NCBI RefSeq assembly: GCF_028641065.1
Contig: NC_073377.1
Location: forward strand, 144,770,001 to 144,834,000
From: Leucoraja erinacea
Taxonomy: Eukaryota
Reading direction: 5' to 3'
Length of the DNA: 64,000 nt
Under the pieces are notes generated by a model. That model was given only the letters and a program-made list of their open reading frames with translations, did not search any database and was not told where the DNA came from. Shown here one piece after another: positions 38,511 to 51,557 of this stretch; within the stretch, counting starts at the first letter, position 1, and every line of letters starts with the position of its first letter. The position numbers and the translations under genes were made by a program.

Positions 38511-38930
38511 ACCAGGAAACACAGCAAGGCCACCATAACAGCCTTTCAGAATATGCCTTCAGTTATCTCCTCCAGGTGCACGAAGCCTCATTCATTGAAG
38601 CAATAGATTTCGTATCCCCGTGAAAAAAATCAAGTTAAACTGAAGTTGATCTTAGTATCGTTTGGAAATTATCATTTCATATCCCTTGTAAGAATCATCT
38701 CTACCCAGGAGTCCTTGAGATATGACATGAACAATGTCAGCCTCTCTGCTCCTCTGGGAGATGTAGCTGGGAATGTTGAGCAGGGACCTTCCCTTGGTGG
38801 ATGCTTTCTTCATCTTTTTCTTTTGTTTTTTGTTTTTAATCAACTTGATTGTAATATTGATAAATGTATTGTGATTTTACGTCCTGTAAGGTGTCCTTGG
38901 GTGTCCAGAAAGGCACCAGCAAATAAAATG

Positions 38931-38963
<33 letters not shown>

Positions 38964-39090
38964 TCTGAATCCGTTTTCTATTTCTGTACTTCAGACACTG
39001 ATGAAAATCGGATTCCAAGTCTTCCACTGCTCTTTCTCCAGCACCAGATGCTGTCTTTGGTCAGAAGTGATTACATTTTTAGAAGTTCAA

Positions 39091-39882
39091 CTAGACTAAG
39101 TGGGACCCGTTGGGTCCCATGTTCACAGGAGTCCCTCAATGCAATATTCCACCTCTCAACCAATTCCAATATTGGTGGCCAGTGCAGGGGTGGGAGGGGG
39201 CGCACTTTCTGGAGCGCTAGTATGTGTATTGTGGGCTGAAGGGACTGGTTTCCAGAGGGCTAGTATGGGCATTGTGGGCCAAATGGATTCTTGGGGTGAC
39301 AGCTCAGTCACTCAAGCCTGATGTGCTGGCAGCTCATTCACGGCTGGTGGGCTGGCAGTTGACTCACGGCTATTCCTTGAAATTCCATTTCAAGCAGGAT
39401 GCAAGGCCACCAAATTCAAATGCAGTTTCCTACCATTTCAAGCAGGGTGCAAGGCCACCAAATTCAAGTGGTTTCTTACCACTTCAAGCAGGTAAGAAAC
39501 CACTTCAAGTATTTCAACCACGTTTTCATTTTCAAACCACATTAAGGGCAATCACAGTGAGTAGACATGTGTTCAGTCTATTCACAGCTCAGAGAGATGT
39601 GACCCTCTCACTTCTTCCATCTTGCAGAGACTGAGCGAGGCACAACATTTCCGGGTTTTATAGTCCCTCCCCTTCCCACCAATAGGGGCAGCAGAGAGAA
39701 TGTCAACATTTTTTAAACATTAATAATTATTTTATTTTTCATCGATGGGAAAAGTCCTGCGCAGCAGAGGGTGTCTCTGAGTAAGATGGCAAAAAATCAC
39801 AGCTGTAAGTGGCAGCGATTTTTCAAAAATCATGAAACAGAAAAACAGGAAGTGGTCAAGATCTTACTTTTAGTAATATAGA
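39091..39882 (-). mobile_element. Non-autonomous Helitron
   Basis: The minus strand starts TCTATATTACTAAAAG and ends ...CTAG|T, with a GC-rich hairpin (TGGGACCC-gtt-GGGTCCCA, 39101-39119) just upstream of the 3' end. No TIR or TSD. Confidence 0.8.
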
Positions 39883-40056
39883 GAGCACATTTCACAATGA
39901 TTATGTCCCTTGTATTATATCCTCGAAATGTGCTTACTGTTGCAGAGGGAGTATGATCAGCCATGATCACAATGAATGGCGGCGCTGGCTCTAAAGGCTG
40001 AATGGCCTGCATCTATTTTCTATGTTTCTATGTTTCTGGTGTCAAAAGCCAAGAAA

Positions 40057-40365
40057 GCGGTCACGGTGGCACAGCGGTAGAGTTGCTGCCTTACAGCGAG
40101 TGCACCGCCGGAAGCCCGGGTTCGATCCAGACTACGGGTGCTGTTTGTACGGAGTTCGTACGTTCTCCCCGTGACCCGCGTGGGTTTTTTCCGAGATCTT
40201 CGGTTTCCTCCCACACTCCAAAGACGTACAGGTTTGTAGGTTAGCTGGCTTGGTAAATGTAAAAATTGTCCCTCGTTGGTGTAGGATAGTGTCAATATGC
40301 TGGGCTCGCTTGGTGGCGCGGAGCCGGTGGGCCGAAGGGCCTGTTCCCGCTCAGTATCTCTAAAA
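40057..40365 (+). mobile_element. V-SINE/HE1-like SINE
   Basis: Full-length copy with A box (TGGCACAGCGG), B box (GGTTCGATCC) and CTCTAAA end. Confidence 0.85.
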
Positions 40366-42119
40366 CTTTTTAAAAAACTAAAAGGTGGTGCTTGCCCCCT
40401 TTCCCCATCTCACTCCAGGAACCATGCTGTCAGTGTTGACTGCTAAATACTCAAGAGTGATAGAGTGATACAGTGTGGAATCAGGCCCTTCAGCCCAACT
40501 TGCCCACACCAGCCAACATGTCCCAGCTACACTAGTCCTGGTAACACAATATTGATCATGAGCATCATCTTCCAATGATCCACAACCACCAGAACATTGA
40601 GGGATGTAAATCCTCCTGCTGCTGAAGAAGTCCAAGTTATTATTGTGAAGGCATGAGTATAGTCAATGGCTGCCTGGAATCATTGTGAGGCAACACGTCA
40701 ACAAATCCCAATGCCTGGGAGGTGTCACTTTTCCACATTGGCATCAAAGTAGATGAAATCATTCCTCTTGAAATTCTCGGTGAAACTTCTGATTAAGCAA
40801 TCAGCATCAAATAGAGAAAGCAGAAATTTGCAGCAGCCATTTGAATGTCACACAGTGAAGAGGTTCAGATTAATCAAAATCTTTTTTCTCCATCTCCTGA
40901 CAGTATTTCACACAACTCGTATACACAAAATACAGAGATGCTGCCTGTCCCGCAGAGTTTCTCCAGCATTTTGGTCTGTTTTCGGGGTAAACCAGCATCT
41001 GCAGTTCCTTCCTACTCATTTCACACAGCTCTGCAGTTACAGGCTTGAAATACCCGAAGCAGCCAAGGCACAGCTTAGAGATGTCCAGGTAGGATGGGAC
41101 TTGAAGACTTCCTGGAAGCAGGCAGTTCACTGGCAAGCATGATTTTACTTGTTGTGCCATGGTTCCCCATCCATCCGAAGTGACCAGTTTTGGACATAAC
41201 AATACTTGCAGTAATGGAGCACTTGTTGGTGGACTAGTGAAGGATCTGAAGAATCCCTGCAGGCTACACAATGGAGAAAGCACTCTTTAGTACATTCCTC
41301 ATACTCTGTGGGCTTTGGACGCCGGACTGTGGGCTGTGGACTTTTGGCTTGAGCTATCTGCTATTATGGCCAGTCAGGTCTCCTAATGTCAGCAGATATC
41401 CATTTAAATAGCCAGGAGAGTTGCATTTTCATACAATGGTTGTATGGAGGCTGTACCACAACAGCCATCAATTGTCACTCAAAGCTGCAAACCACAACAG
41501 GACCGCTGGAAGTGGGTGTTCGTGAATGCAGATAGCAGCATTACTATCTGTGCAACTAATACCAAACAAAGGTCAGATGCAGTAGTGAGAATCATGCACA
41601 TAAACAACTTATCCAATTTCACCCGAATACAATACTTAACACGAACCACTCCAAATAAAACAGATTTTTGCAAGGAGAGGAAACTGAAGAAAACCCGGAG
41701 AAAAACCACGCAGGTCACGGGGAGAACGAACAAACTCCGTACAGACAGCACCCGCAGTCAGGAATGAACCAGGGACCCCGGGGTCTGGCGCTGTAAGGCA
41801 GCAACTCTACCGCTGCACCACCATACCGACTTTTGGAAACAAAAATAAAATTACATGCTCTACAATAAAATAACACTTATTCAATGTTCTCTGCACCTGT
41901 GAGGATCAATTTTAATCAACAGAAAATGTATGGGCCGTATACCTGTGATTTCCCACAACGCATCAGGTCATTGCAGTTCCCTGCAAGTACAGAACTGGCT
42001 TTTCATTTTCTCTATTATGTTGAAATGGCAAATGGTAATATTTTATTGTATCATTAGTTGTGGGTTTGCTGTTGAAAATACATTCCATTCCAGAAATGTA
42101 TTTTTACTTTTTCTGTAGG

Positions 42120-42360
42120 GGTTTGAAATGAGTGTTTTTGGACTATTGGTTCAAGGATGCAGGCGCCACAGGCAAGACAGAGGTCTGAGTAGAAGAGGAG
42201 GGCTGTTGCTTTACTGATTAAGGAGAACATCACGGCAGTGGTCTGAGATGACATTACTAATGGTTCATCCAGAGAAGATATATGGGGGGAACAGAGAACT
42301 AAAAAGGGGAGATAATGTTATTGAGAGTGTACTATAGACCCCTAGTTAACAGAAATTAGA
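42120..42360 (+). mobile_element. CR1 endonuclease-region fragment, degenerate
   Basis: Motifs RRGG..VALLIKENITAV and GVYYRP resemble the CR1 APE domain. Confidence 0.55.
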
Positions 42361-43523
42361 GTACACTAGGGACTCAGGCTTTTGTTTTTTCACTGTATTG
42401 TGTTTTCATTTTTTCATATTGAACTTCTTGTAGAGTTGCTGCCTTACAGCACCAGAGACCCGGAATCGATTCTGACTACGGGTGCTGTCAGTACAGATTT
42501 TGTACATTCTTCATAGGACTGCGTGGGTTTTCTCCGGGTGCTCTGGTTTCCTCCCACGCTCCAAAGATGTACAGGTTTGTAGGTTAATTGGCTTCTGAAA
42601 ATTGACCCTAGTGTAGGATAGAACTACTGTACAGTGTTCAAGGTCAAATGGCTTTTCCACGCTGTATCTCCAAAGTCTAAAGTTGAGTTTCACGCTTCAC
42701 AAGCAGCATGCTGAATCACAAGGTCAAATGGCTTTCTGTAGTCCACATGGGGAGTTAAAGCTGAGTCTCACGTTGCGAGTTGACACAAGAGGTACCCAGA
42801 GTTAAAACTCGTGGTAATAACGTACGATTAACGTACGGAACTCGTGGACGCAACTTAGAGACTTGTGGCACTAACGGCAGGTACCCGTGAAACTTGTCAA
42901 CTCTTGAAAAAAATCAAACATGTTTAAAGTTTTCCACGAGTCAAATTTACTCTTGTGGTTAAGAATTGAAACATTTTAACTCGTTGTAAGAACGTAGTGG
43001 CCCGTGCGTTTACCTTAGTGGATCGTGAGTCTACCGTGGGAACTCTTTAACTCAGCGGGTAGGCAGCGGCAGATTGTCGCTCCCTTCAGTTTCCCAGCGA
43101 CAATCTCCTGCCATAACGCGAGAGAGATCATGCACTGTTGTAGGTCTCCTTTGCACGTCGGTGTTTCTGTCTTTCTCCACTCATTGTTGGCCCTATCTGT
43201 CACCACCCCCACCTACACCCCTCTGCTTCCCGGCCATGTGTGTGACACCTTCCCTCCCCTCTCCAGCTCCCCGCCCATTGCACCGGCACGGGGGAAAGCC
43301 CAGGTAGAAGTTGAACTCAAGATTTATATCCCCTGAAAGTTAGGTTTCTTAACACAGGATAGATGTCCTGCCAGAACGGAGTTGCTGAATAAAATCGTCT
43401 CCCATTTTCCTCCGTTTCTTGCATGACCTTGGCTTGCCAGCTTTATTTCACACTCCGTGATCTGTGTAATGTATATATGTAAAATAATAAACTGACCAAG
43501 AAGGTCCAGTGTTCTCCCCTGTT

Positions 43524-43808
43524 AGGTTAGTTTCGAGATACAGAGCGGAAGATACAGAGTCCGCGCCGACCAGCGATCCCGCACACTAACACCATCCTAC
43601 ACCCACTATGGACATTTTTACATTCACCAAGCAAATTAACCTAGAAACCTGTACGTCTTTGGAGTGTGGGGGGATCTCGGAGGTCACCCACGCAGGTCAC
43701 GGGCGAACTTACAAACTCAGTACAGACAGCACCCATAGTCGGGATCGAACCCGGGTCTCCGACGCTGCATTCGCTGTCAGGCAACAACTCTACTGCTGCG
43801 CCGCCGTG
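43524..43808 (-). mobile_element. V-SINE/HE1-like SINE nested in the Harbinger element
   Basis: Reverse complement of the family sequence. Confidence 0.8.
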
Positions 43809-43825
43809 AATGAAGGCCTGTTTTA

Positions 43826-44455
43826 AGTATCAAATAGATGAGCAAGAGGGTGATCAAGGCGGAGAAAGTGTAGAGGACAATGCCCATGTAGTCCAACTCG
43901 TAGGAGTGCAGGTCCACCATGACGACGCCGTGGCCGCAGTGGGCTATGGAGGGAGGTGCAGGTGACATCGGTGACCAGGGGAGGGATGTAGGTGCAGAGA
44001 AAGTGGTTGCCACTTAGCCGCAGCTCCCGAAGGTGTTTGATGGCTCTCTCCGGGAAACTGGAGACCTGGATGATCTTCAGGTTGTTGTAACTGAGATCCA
44101 GATACTGCAGGGAGGACACGTCCCGCAGGAAGTCCTTGGTCAGCTTGGAGAACTGGTTGTGGGTTGAAGCCGCAGAGTCTGGGTGCAGGTACACAAAAAT
44201 GCTGGAGAAACTCAGCGGGTGCAGCAGCATCTATGGAGCGAAGGAGATAGGTAACGTTTCGGGCCGAAACCCTTCTTCTGAGTCTGGGTGCAGTTGGACA
44301 GCATGCGAGGGACCGTGGGCAACAGGTTGCTACCGAGGTCCAGCAGCTCCAACCCCAGTTGAAGCTCCACAGCTTGTTACCACTCAGTACAAGCTCCTTG
44401 AGTAGCGGGGGCAGGTGGTCAAACACGTCTTGCGGCATGAACGCGAGCTTCTTCC
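43826..44455 (-). pseudogene. TLR7: TLR7-like fragment (C-terminal LRRs, LRR-CT, transmembrane start), disrupted
   Basis: Joined frames give LAFMPQDVFDHLPPLLKELVLSGNKLWSFNW / LELLDLGSNLLPTVPRMLSNCTQT / NQFSKLTKDFLRDVSSLQYLDLSYNNLKIIQVSSFPE..GNHFLCT / IPPLVTDVTC / GHGVVMVDLHSYELDYMGIVLYTFS. This is colinear with recalled TLR7 (VPERLSNCS, LTKYFLQD, SFPE, NRFLCT, IPYLATDVTC, CELD). It has frameshifts, deletions and an insertion, and no TIR signalling domain. Confidence 0.88.
44189..44279 (-). mobile_element. Short Penelope pLTR insertion within the TLR7 fragment
   Basis: Flanked by the 14-bp TSD GAGTCTGGGTGCAG (44175-44188, 44280-44293). Near-identical to 16741-16830. Confidence 0.85.
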
Positions 44456-46039
44456 CCTAATAATCTGCTGCTATCTGTTTTCGAGAGCAAAAACTTGCAA
44501 AGGGCAGGCACGGTTCCTCGCCAGCGAAGATGGACACAGAATGCAGGAGTAACTCAGCGGGACAGGCAGCATCTCTGGCGAGAAGGAATGGGGGACGTTT
44601 CGGGTCGAGACCCATTACTTCTCTCCAGAGATACGGCAACAACACAGCACAAAACCAGTCACAAAACCACCGACCTAGATGCGGCCGCGCTGAATTCTAT
44701 CTTTAAAACAAAGCCACAGGATGGAGAGGTCTTCTTTAACACTGTTGCTTATTAAAACAAACCTTCAATCAGGATTGGCTCAAGAGTAACTCGGGAGACG
44801 AACTTGGAACATCGCAGAAATGACAACTAAACGTCAAACTTGTCATACCCGTGGGAACTCGGTTAAACTCTTGATCATACACTTGCACTCGTACACAACC
44901 ACAAGTCTTTCACTAGGGGTACCTCTTGTGTCAACTCGCAACGTGAGACTCAGCTATTACATCTTCACATATATCACAACATCTAACTTCCTCCTTTGCT
45001 TCTCAATCTACACATGTTTCTGCTCACTTCATTATTACACAGATAGTCGTGAAGTTTAGTCCATTGACCAATGATATTGTTTTACCCAGTCTAGAGGCCA
45101 AACTAAAAGATTTGGATCAGCCCAATGCTATTTATATCCCTGTATTTCATATGGCCAAATGGCCTATTTCATTTAAATGGTTCCTCACTAACATTGAATA
45201 ACTTCTTCATAATTGCTATCAGTGCCTTACAAAACTCTTCCTGATCTTTCCCAAGATTGAGTTCATATAGCCCATTCAAATCCCCATCTAATTTAAAACT
45301 AAAGCATTCATTTTATTTTCTATAATGCTTTTTCTAACCAACCCAAAAAATCATACAAGGAACACCTTATCACAGAAAATGTATCTCTCTAAAAATGTAG
45401 GAGAAATAAAGATATGCAATTGCTACCAAATTACTCCTTAAATGCAAGATACACAAAGAGCCTGATCGAAAAATGTCACATCAAGATTGCTTCTACATAT
45501 ACAAAGAAACAATGTAACAGAATGCAAACTAATAACACCATGATCATTGTACCAAGCAGACACTTGAAGAAAATAGGCTATATATTCCTCTAAAAAATAA
45601 CTCAAATTACAAATACAAATGCTTTGAGGGGAAAGAAGATCTATTGAAACCGAAGGGATAAAACATAAATAATCATCGACAGCCAAGAATAAAATGACAT
45701 GATGGAAAAGTTAATTCAACTTGGACAGCGTGGACAAAATTCTCAAACAGTTATTACACTAAAGTAAAGAACAGAGTAAAGACCAAACAGCACAAACCTT
45801 TGTCTAAAAAAACCAAACACCTGCCACACAAATCAAATTGTCAAAGAGGAATCAGAACCTCATGCATACAAAATTAATAAAAAAAAGTTCTGAAACAAGA
45901 AATTGTTGAGGCTTTGGAAGGCAGGGTAGACGATACAGTCATCCAATATAATTTAACAGATGACATGCGTCACAATTTGGCGGGATGTCATTTCACTGCA
46001 GCAATGACAGTCACAGGGTCATAGAACAAAGCAATAAAC

Positions 46040-46530
46040 CATTTGTTTCAACTTGTCCACGTTGACCAATGCGCCCAATTTAAGCTAGTACCATTTGCCT
46101 ATGTTTGACCCGTAACCCTCTAAATCATGTTATCCCTGTCCCTGTCCAAATGTCTTTTAAATATTGTTATTGTACCTGCCTCAACTACTTCCTCTGACAG
46201 CTCGTTCCATATAACCACCACCCTCTGTGCGGAAAAAGTCACCCCTCAATTTCTTATTAATCTGTCCCCTCTCACTTTAAACTTATGTTCTGTGGTTCTT
46301 GATTCCCCTCACCTCTCTTTCTGTCGTGATTCCCTTACCCTTGAAACAAACTCTGTGCATTCATCCTACCTATTCCACCAATGATCGTTGATACCCCTAT
46401 AAGATCATCCCTCAGCATCCTTTGCTCCAAAGAACAAAGTATTAATATGGCCAAACTATAGCTCAGGCCCTCAAGTCCTGGCAACACCCTTACAGATGTT
46501 GGCTGCACTCTTTCCAGCTTCATGGCATCT
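46040..46530 (-). mobile_element. CR1 LINE 3' fragment, old
   Basis: Reads KDAMKLERVQ....LPGLEGLSY...L.SLEQRMLRDDLI. Confidence 0.75.
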
Positions 46531-46625
46531 TTCAATGTTAAATTTGTCACTCATATTTGGTAATCTAGTCTAAGAAAACAGACACTATCAACGAAAAAAA
46601 GCCATTTCCAACACATCAGTCGTTT

Positions 46626-46945
46626 CAGGGCGGCACAGTGGTGCAGTGGTAGAGTTGCTGCCTTACAGTGCTTGCAGCACCGGAGACCCGGGTTCAATCC
46701 CGACTACGGGTGCTGTCTGTACGGAGTTTGTACTTTCTCCCTGTGACCGCGTGGGTTTTCTCCGAGATCTTCGGTTTCCACCCACACTCCAAAGACAAGC
46801 AGGTTTGTAGGTTAATTAGCTAGATACAAGTGTAAATTGTCCCTGGTGTGTGTAGGATAGTGTTCATGTGCGGGAATTGCAGGTCGGTGTGGACTCAATG
46901 GGCCAAAGTGCCTGTTTCTGCACTGTATCTCTAAACTAAACTGAA
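46626..46945 (+). mobile_element. V-SINE/HE1-like SINE
   Basis: Full length, from GGGCGGCACAGTGGTGCAGTGGTAGAG and GGTTCAATCCC to a (CTAAA)n tail. Confidence 0.88.
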
Positions 46946-47489
46946 CTTCCATCAATTGAGCACCTATGCATGCTTTTGCTACTTTTTCTGCTCAGTCCTC
47001 TACACATTCTGACCTGTGTCACCCCAATCAGTCGTGATCTCATTAGGTCATGTTGGTTCTTCTCCCTGAAATAAGTTTAAAGATTGTTGTTTTAAATACC
47101 AATTAAACTGTGAAGAATTGGGATATCACCAAAGTAATCTCACAGCTCATACTAGGGTTTTGGTATTGCCTGTACAAACATTTTCAAATGCAGGAGCATG
47201 TGGCCTAGAATTTCTGACACAGTGTCAAAACAACAAAGAAACAGAACACTTATCCAAGCTATACAGATGGAAGTATCTGTCATTTTGGATAAAGTGGTGG
47301 TTCCTCGAAGGTATCAGATGTTGTTTGATTGTCAGCTTTGTAGTGGAATTAAATGAAATAGGAAGGTACTTTCTAGATGACTTATGGGAATGAAAGAAAA
47401 CCAGACGTGCTACTCCATGTCTGATTACGTCTGATATTGTTAGATAACCATCTGAACAAATAAGCAACAAGCAGAGTAAAGATATTCTG

Positions 47490-48170
47490 CAGGAAGGAAC
47501 TGCAGATGCTGGTTTAAACCGAAGATAGACACAAAAAAGCTGGAGTAACTCAACGGGACAGGCAGCATCTCTAGAGACATGGCATGGGTGACGTTTCGGG
47601 TCAAGACCCTTCTTCAGTCTGAAGGTCATGGGAAAGGGAAACAAGAGATATAGATGATGATGTAGGGAGATATAGAACAATAAATGAAAGATATGCAAAA
47701 AAAGTAATGATGATAAAGGAAACAGGCCATTGTTAGCTGTTTGTTGGGTGAAAACGAGAGGCTGGTGCGACTTGGGTGGGGGAGGAATAGAGAGGGAATG
47801 CCGGGAAGTGGGAAAACCGGGAAGGGGAAGGGGATGGAGAGAGAAAGCAAGGGCTACCTGAAGTTAGAGAAGTCAATGTTCATACAGCTGGGGTGTAAAC
47901 TACCCAAGCCAAATATGAGGTGCTGTTCCTCCAATTTCCGCTGGGCCTCCCTCTGACAATGGAGGAGGCCCAGGACAGAAGGTCAGGTTGGGAATGAGAG
48001 GGGGAGTTGAAGTGCTGAGCCACTGGGAGATCAGAGATAAGTCGGATTAAGCGGAGGTGTAGAGGGAAACGATTGCCGAGCCTGCGCTTGGTCTCGCCAC
48101 TGGGCTAGAAGCTGCCCAAGCAAAATATGAGATGCTGTTCCTCCCATTTTGTGTTTAGCCTCACTCCGAC
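47490..48170 (-). mobile_element. Penelope 3' fragment with intact hammerhead core (~47588-47620)
   Basis: GIY-YIG C-terminal remnants on the minus strand, then CTGAAGAa-GGGT-cttg-ACCC-GAAACGTC. Confidence 0.8.
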
Positions 48171-48639
48171 AACTGATTCTGCAACTGTTCGTCATCATTT
48201 TTTTTTCAGCTTTTCTTTACATGGGAGCACAACCCGACACACTACTCACAGCCAGGTATTCAAATCCATTTAAATATAATTAGCGATTACTCTTCCTCTT
48301 CTCCAAAAGGTTCCCTTGGGTCTAGTCTGACTTACATCCTGTCCAGTTTCCTGGGTTCTGAAGTGGCTACTAATTCATGTTCCAGTTACAGACCACTAAT
48401 GGCTCCAGTAAAAATCCTTGCATACAAGTGCAGCACACATCAACTACAAGTTAAGTGCACAAAATAAAAAGTGTTGGATCAAATGCAGTGATGCTGAAAC
48501 AAATCCTTCACCATCTGATCTGTTTTGGACGAGCTTATTCATACTACACCATAAGGCAATCAAGATTCATGATGATCTTACCTATGCTGCATAACCACTA
48601 TCATGAGCACATACCATTTATCTCCAGCTATGCAGTGCA

Positions 48640-49190
48640 CAAAAGCACAAGAGGAAGAGAAACCTACAATTCTAAGTAAGAGCGGAGAGGAGAGCTCTTC
48701 AGTGCATCATCCACAGAGCGCAGAAGATCACTGGGACACCGCTACCAGCCTTGGAGGGCATCTACCACACATGATGCCTCAGGAAGGCCGTCAGCATCCA
48801 TAAAGACTCCTCACGCCTTTGTAATGGACGGTTCGAACTACTTCCCTCTGGTAGACGTTACAAGGCCTTCTACGCCTGAACCTCAAGACTCAGGAACAGT
48901 TTCATTCACAGAGCTATAGCGGCTCTGAACCAGCCCTGCTGAGTGCCCCCCATCCCACCTGGAATGTCTCCCTCGGATGGTCACATCGCACAGACACATC
49001 TGCACTTTAGTCTGTTTGAACTATTTTGACTATTTTACTGTTCTTTTTACAATCCATGTTCTCGGGATATCTAAATCTAAATTGTATTAGTTATTTATGT
49101 TATGACATCGGATGGAAGCTGCATACCAAATCTCGTTGTGCTTATGTGCAATGACAATAAAATATATTATTATTATTATTATTATTATTA
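48640..49190 (+). mobile_element. Rex1/Babar LINE 3' end
   Basis: Reads YHT.CLRKA...KD...FELLPSGRRYKAF...SRLRNSF..RAI..LN, then a 3' UTR, AATAAA and a (TAT)n tail. Confidence 0.8.
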
Positions 49191-49727
49191 TTGAGACATC
49201 AGTAACTCAATTCCCTATTGGACAACAGTCATATAAGCCTACCTTCTCCCAGTTGCTGAGTTCCCATTTCACTAAATTCAATGATAAAAAAAAACCAACA
49301 CACAAAATTGCGAAATGTAGAAAATAGGAGTAGGCCGTTCGGCCCTTCAATATGATCATGGCTGATCATCCAAAATCAGTACCCCACTCCTGTTTTCTTC
49401 CCATATCCCTTGATTCCATAGCCCTAAGAACTATATCGAACTCTCTCTTGAAAACATCCAGTGAAATAATGTTACAGTCAAAGCAATTCATGGAAATATC
49501 AACTGAACACCCTTGCCTAGTCCCTTAGTGCAATGTTTCTGTCTGCTTTCGCCAATCCTTATGGTCCTTCCCATTGGTGAAGGCTGCAGTTGGCCTTGTA
49601 AGGCAAATTCAACCAACCTGGCCCAGCTTTAGTCTGCACCACCTCAGCAAGGGTGGCTGCATATGGCACTGACTGGTTCACAGGCAATACAAACATATTG
49701 GAGGACTGTCAGTATTGGGAGATGAAT

Positions 49728-51557
49728 GGCTCATGCACGAGTTTCTGTTACATTGATTGCAAAGACATCACATCTCCCTCTTTACTTTTAAGATGTTACA
49801 GGCACTTGTATTTACCTTATATACATAGTACATTTATTACATAACGTAGCAAGAAATCACATCTCCCTCTACTTTATATCGCCCTCTTCATTTTACAGAT
49901 CATTACAGATCTCCCCCTTTTCACTTTGTTTATCATCTTCCTACAGATCATACATCTCCCCCTTTTCACTTTGTTTATCAACTCCCCTGATGTCCACTTT
50001 ACTCTTACACTCTAGCAAAGGGCCTCTCTCAATTGCCTTTTACTGCGACTGGGAGACTGGCTCCCACCTCTCGTCTAGCTAGGCATCTGGGGACTTATTC
50101 TGGAATCTAGGAGATGGGTCCTCTGACTAGGTTTCTCCTACTTAAAGACCCTTCTGGGAGACTACTGCTGGATTCTGGAAGACAGGCTCCTCTGTCCAGG
50201 TTACTCCCATCTGGGCGTCTGATGGTCCATCCACGGCTATCCAGGGTTTTTTTTTTTTTTTTTTTTACACACTGCTACACGGGGTTCCCCTTTTATTCCA
50301 TCATACTAAGACTCATACTTAGTTTGGTTGATCACCTCGATGAGGGAGAAGAGAAGAGATAATGAACTGCGGTAATCACCTGCAGCTGTTGAAAACACAA
50401 TTAACAGACACAAACTTAGTTGAGATAATGAACTGCATGTCAAGACAAAACATTGATTGCCCCTTAATTAGTATACCCAAATCACCTGTGAAGACAGAAC
50501 ACTAATAACTAATAGAACCCCGTTCTATAGTATTCTTACATTTGTTCTTACATTCCCTCTTTCCCATGGAAAGAATGTTCCTTTCATCACAACAGTACCA
50601 AATGCAGTCTTTTAACTTACAGTACAGTGGCAGTGTTTATCAGTAGAAAATAGCTAAATAATCTCCTCTTCTTATGGAAGGAATGATCTTTTATCACAAC
50701 ATTACCAAGTGCAGTGTATTGCTGTCGAAAAGAGCCAAATAATTACATGGTTCTGTATTATTTTTACATCCAAAAGAACCGAGGCAGTGCATATCTGTGG
50801 AAAAGAGCAACAGTACCAAGGCAGTATATATCAGGTAAACAAAACCCAATTGGAAGAGACCCATTTCTTACAGCATGTCACACAGCATTTCACTTTAATC
50901 TTACTTTTACAGCACATTTACATAATGTTTTACATTTGTGTCTGTCTGTGTCTTCTTCTTCTGAGATCCCGCTTCTCTGCCCACCGTTGGCTCTCGGGCT
51001 CACCTGGTCGCTGCCATGCCGGTCGCTGCTTCTCCCGTTGGGACTGCACCTCTCGTCGGGGCTGCACCTCTCTCCCCTGCGTCGGGACTGCACCTGGGGC
51101 TGCACCTCTCTCCACCGCTGGCCACTCCAGACCTCCGATACTGGTTGCCTGCTGACCTTCCTCTTTACCTCGTTCCCCTGCGTCAGGGCTTTCACGACCG
51201 GGCTGACCCTCCTTCCGGCCGGGCTCACTCTGTTTCGTCGGTCTTGTTCGATGACAGTAGTGGCTCCACTGTCCTGTTTGAACCTTCCTCTACTACTTCT
51301 CTTCCATGGAGGCTTGAGGCTTGCTCTCCTCTACTCCTTTCCCTTTTTTCTTTGTTTTCTTCTGACACCATGTAAGGTATTCTCGTCCGTTGTAACTAGC
51401 ACAAAAGACAGGTCCACACCGGGTTTGTGTTCCAGAGCAAGAGCCCGTTTAGTCTGTAATCACTGCCTTTTATCTTGAAGGTCACTTGACCTCAGTCACG
51501 AGGCTCATGCACGAGTTTCTGTTTACATGTGATTTCAAAGATATCACAGACATCACA
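49728..51557 (-). mobile_element. Non-autonomous LTR retroelement (Gypsy-like/TRIM-like)
   Basis: 5' LTR at 51557-51371 (TGTGATG...TTACA). PBS TGGTGTCAGAAG at 51370-51359. PPT AAAGAGGGAGA at 49783-49773. A truncated 3' LTR at 49772-49728 matches the start of the 5' LTR. No recognisable pol. Confidence 0.8.

Larger units (their letters stand above)
42758..44956. mobile_element. PIF/Harbinger-type non-autonomous element enclosing a TLR7 fragment
   Basis: Perfect 39-bp inverted repeat AGCTGAGTCTCACGTTGCGAGTTGACACAAGAGGTACCC at 42759-42797 and 44917-44955. TTA lies on both outer flanks (42755-57, 44957-59). Confidence 0.8.

Noticed and set aside
50714-51478. 254-aa plus-strand ORF and SP/R-rich minus ORF resembling a viral core or protamine tail
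   Set aside because: This is the low-complexity interior of the LTR element, with no recognisable domain.
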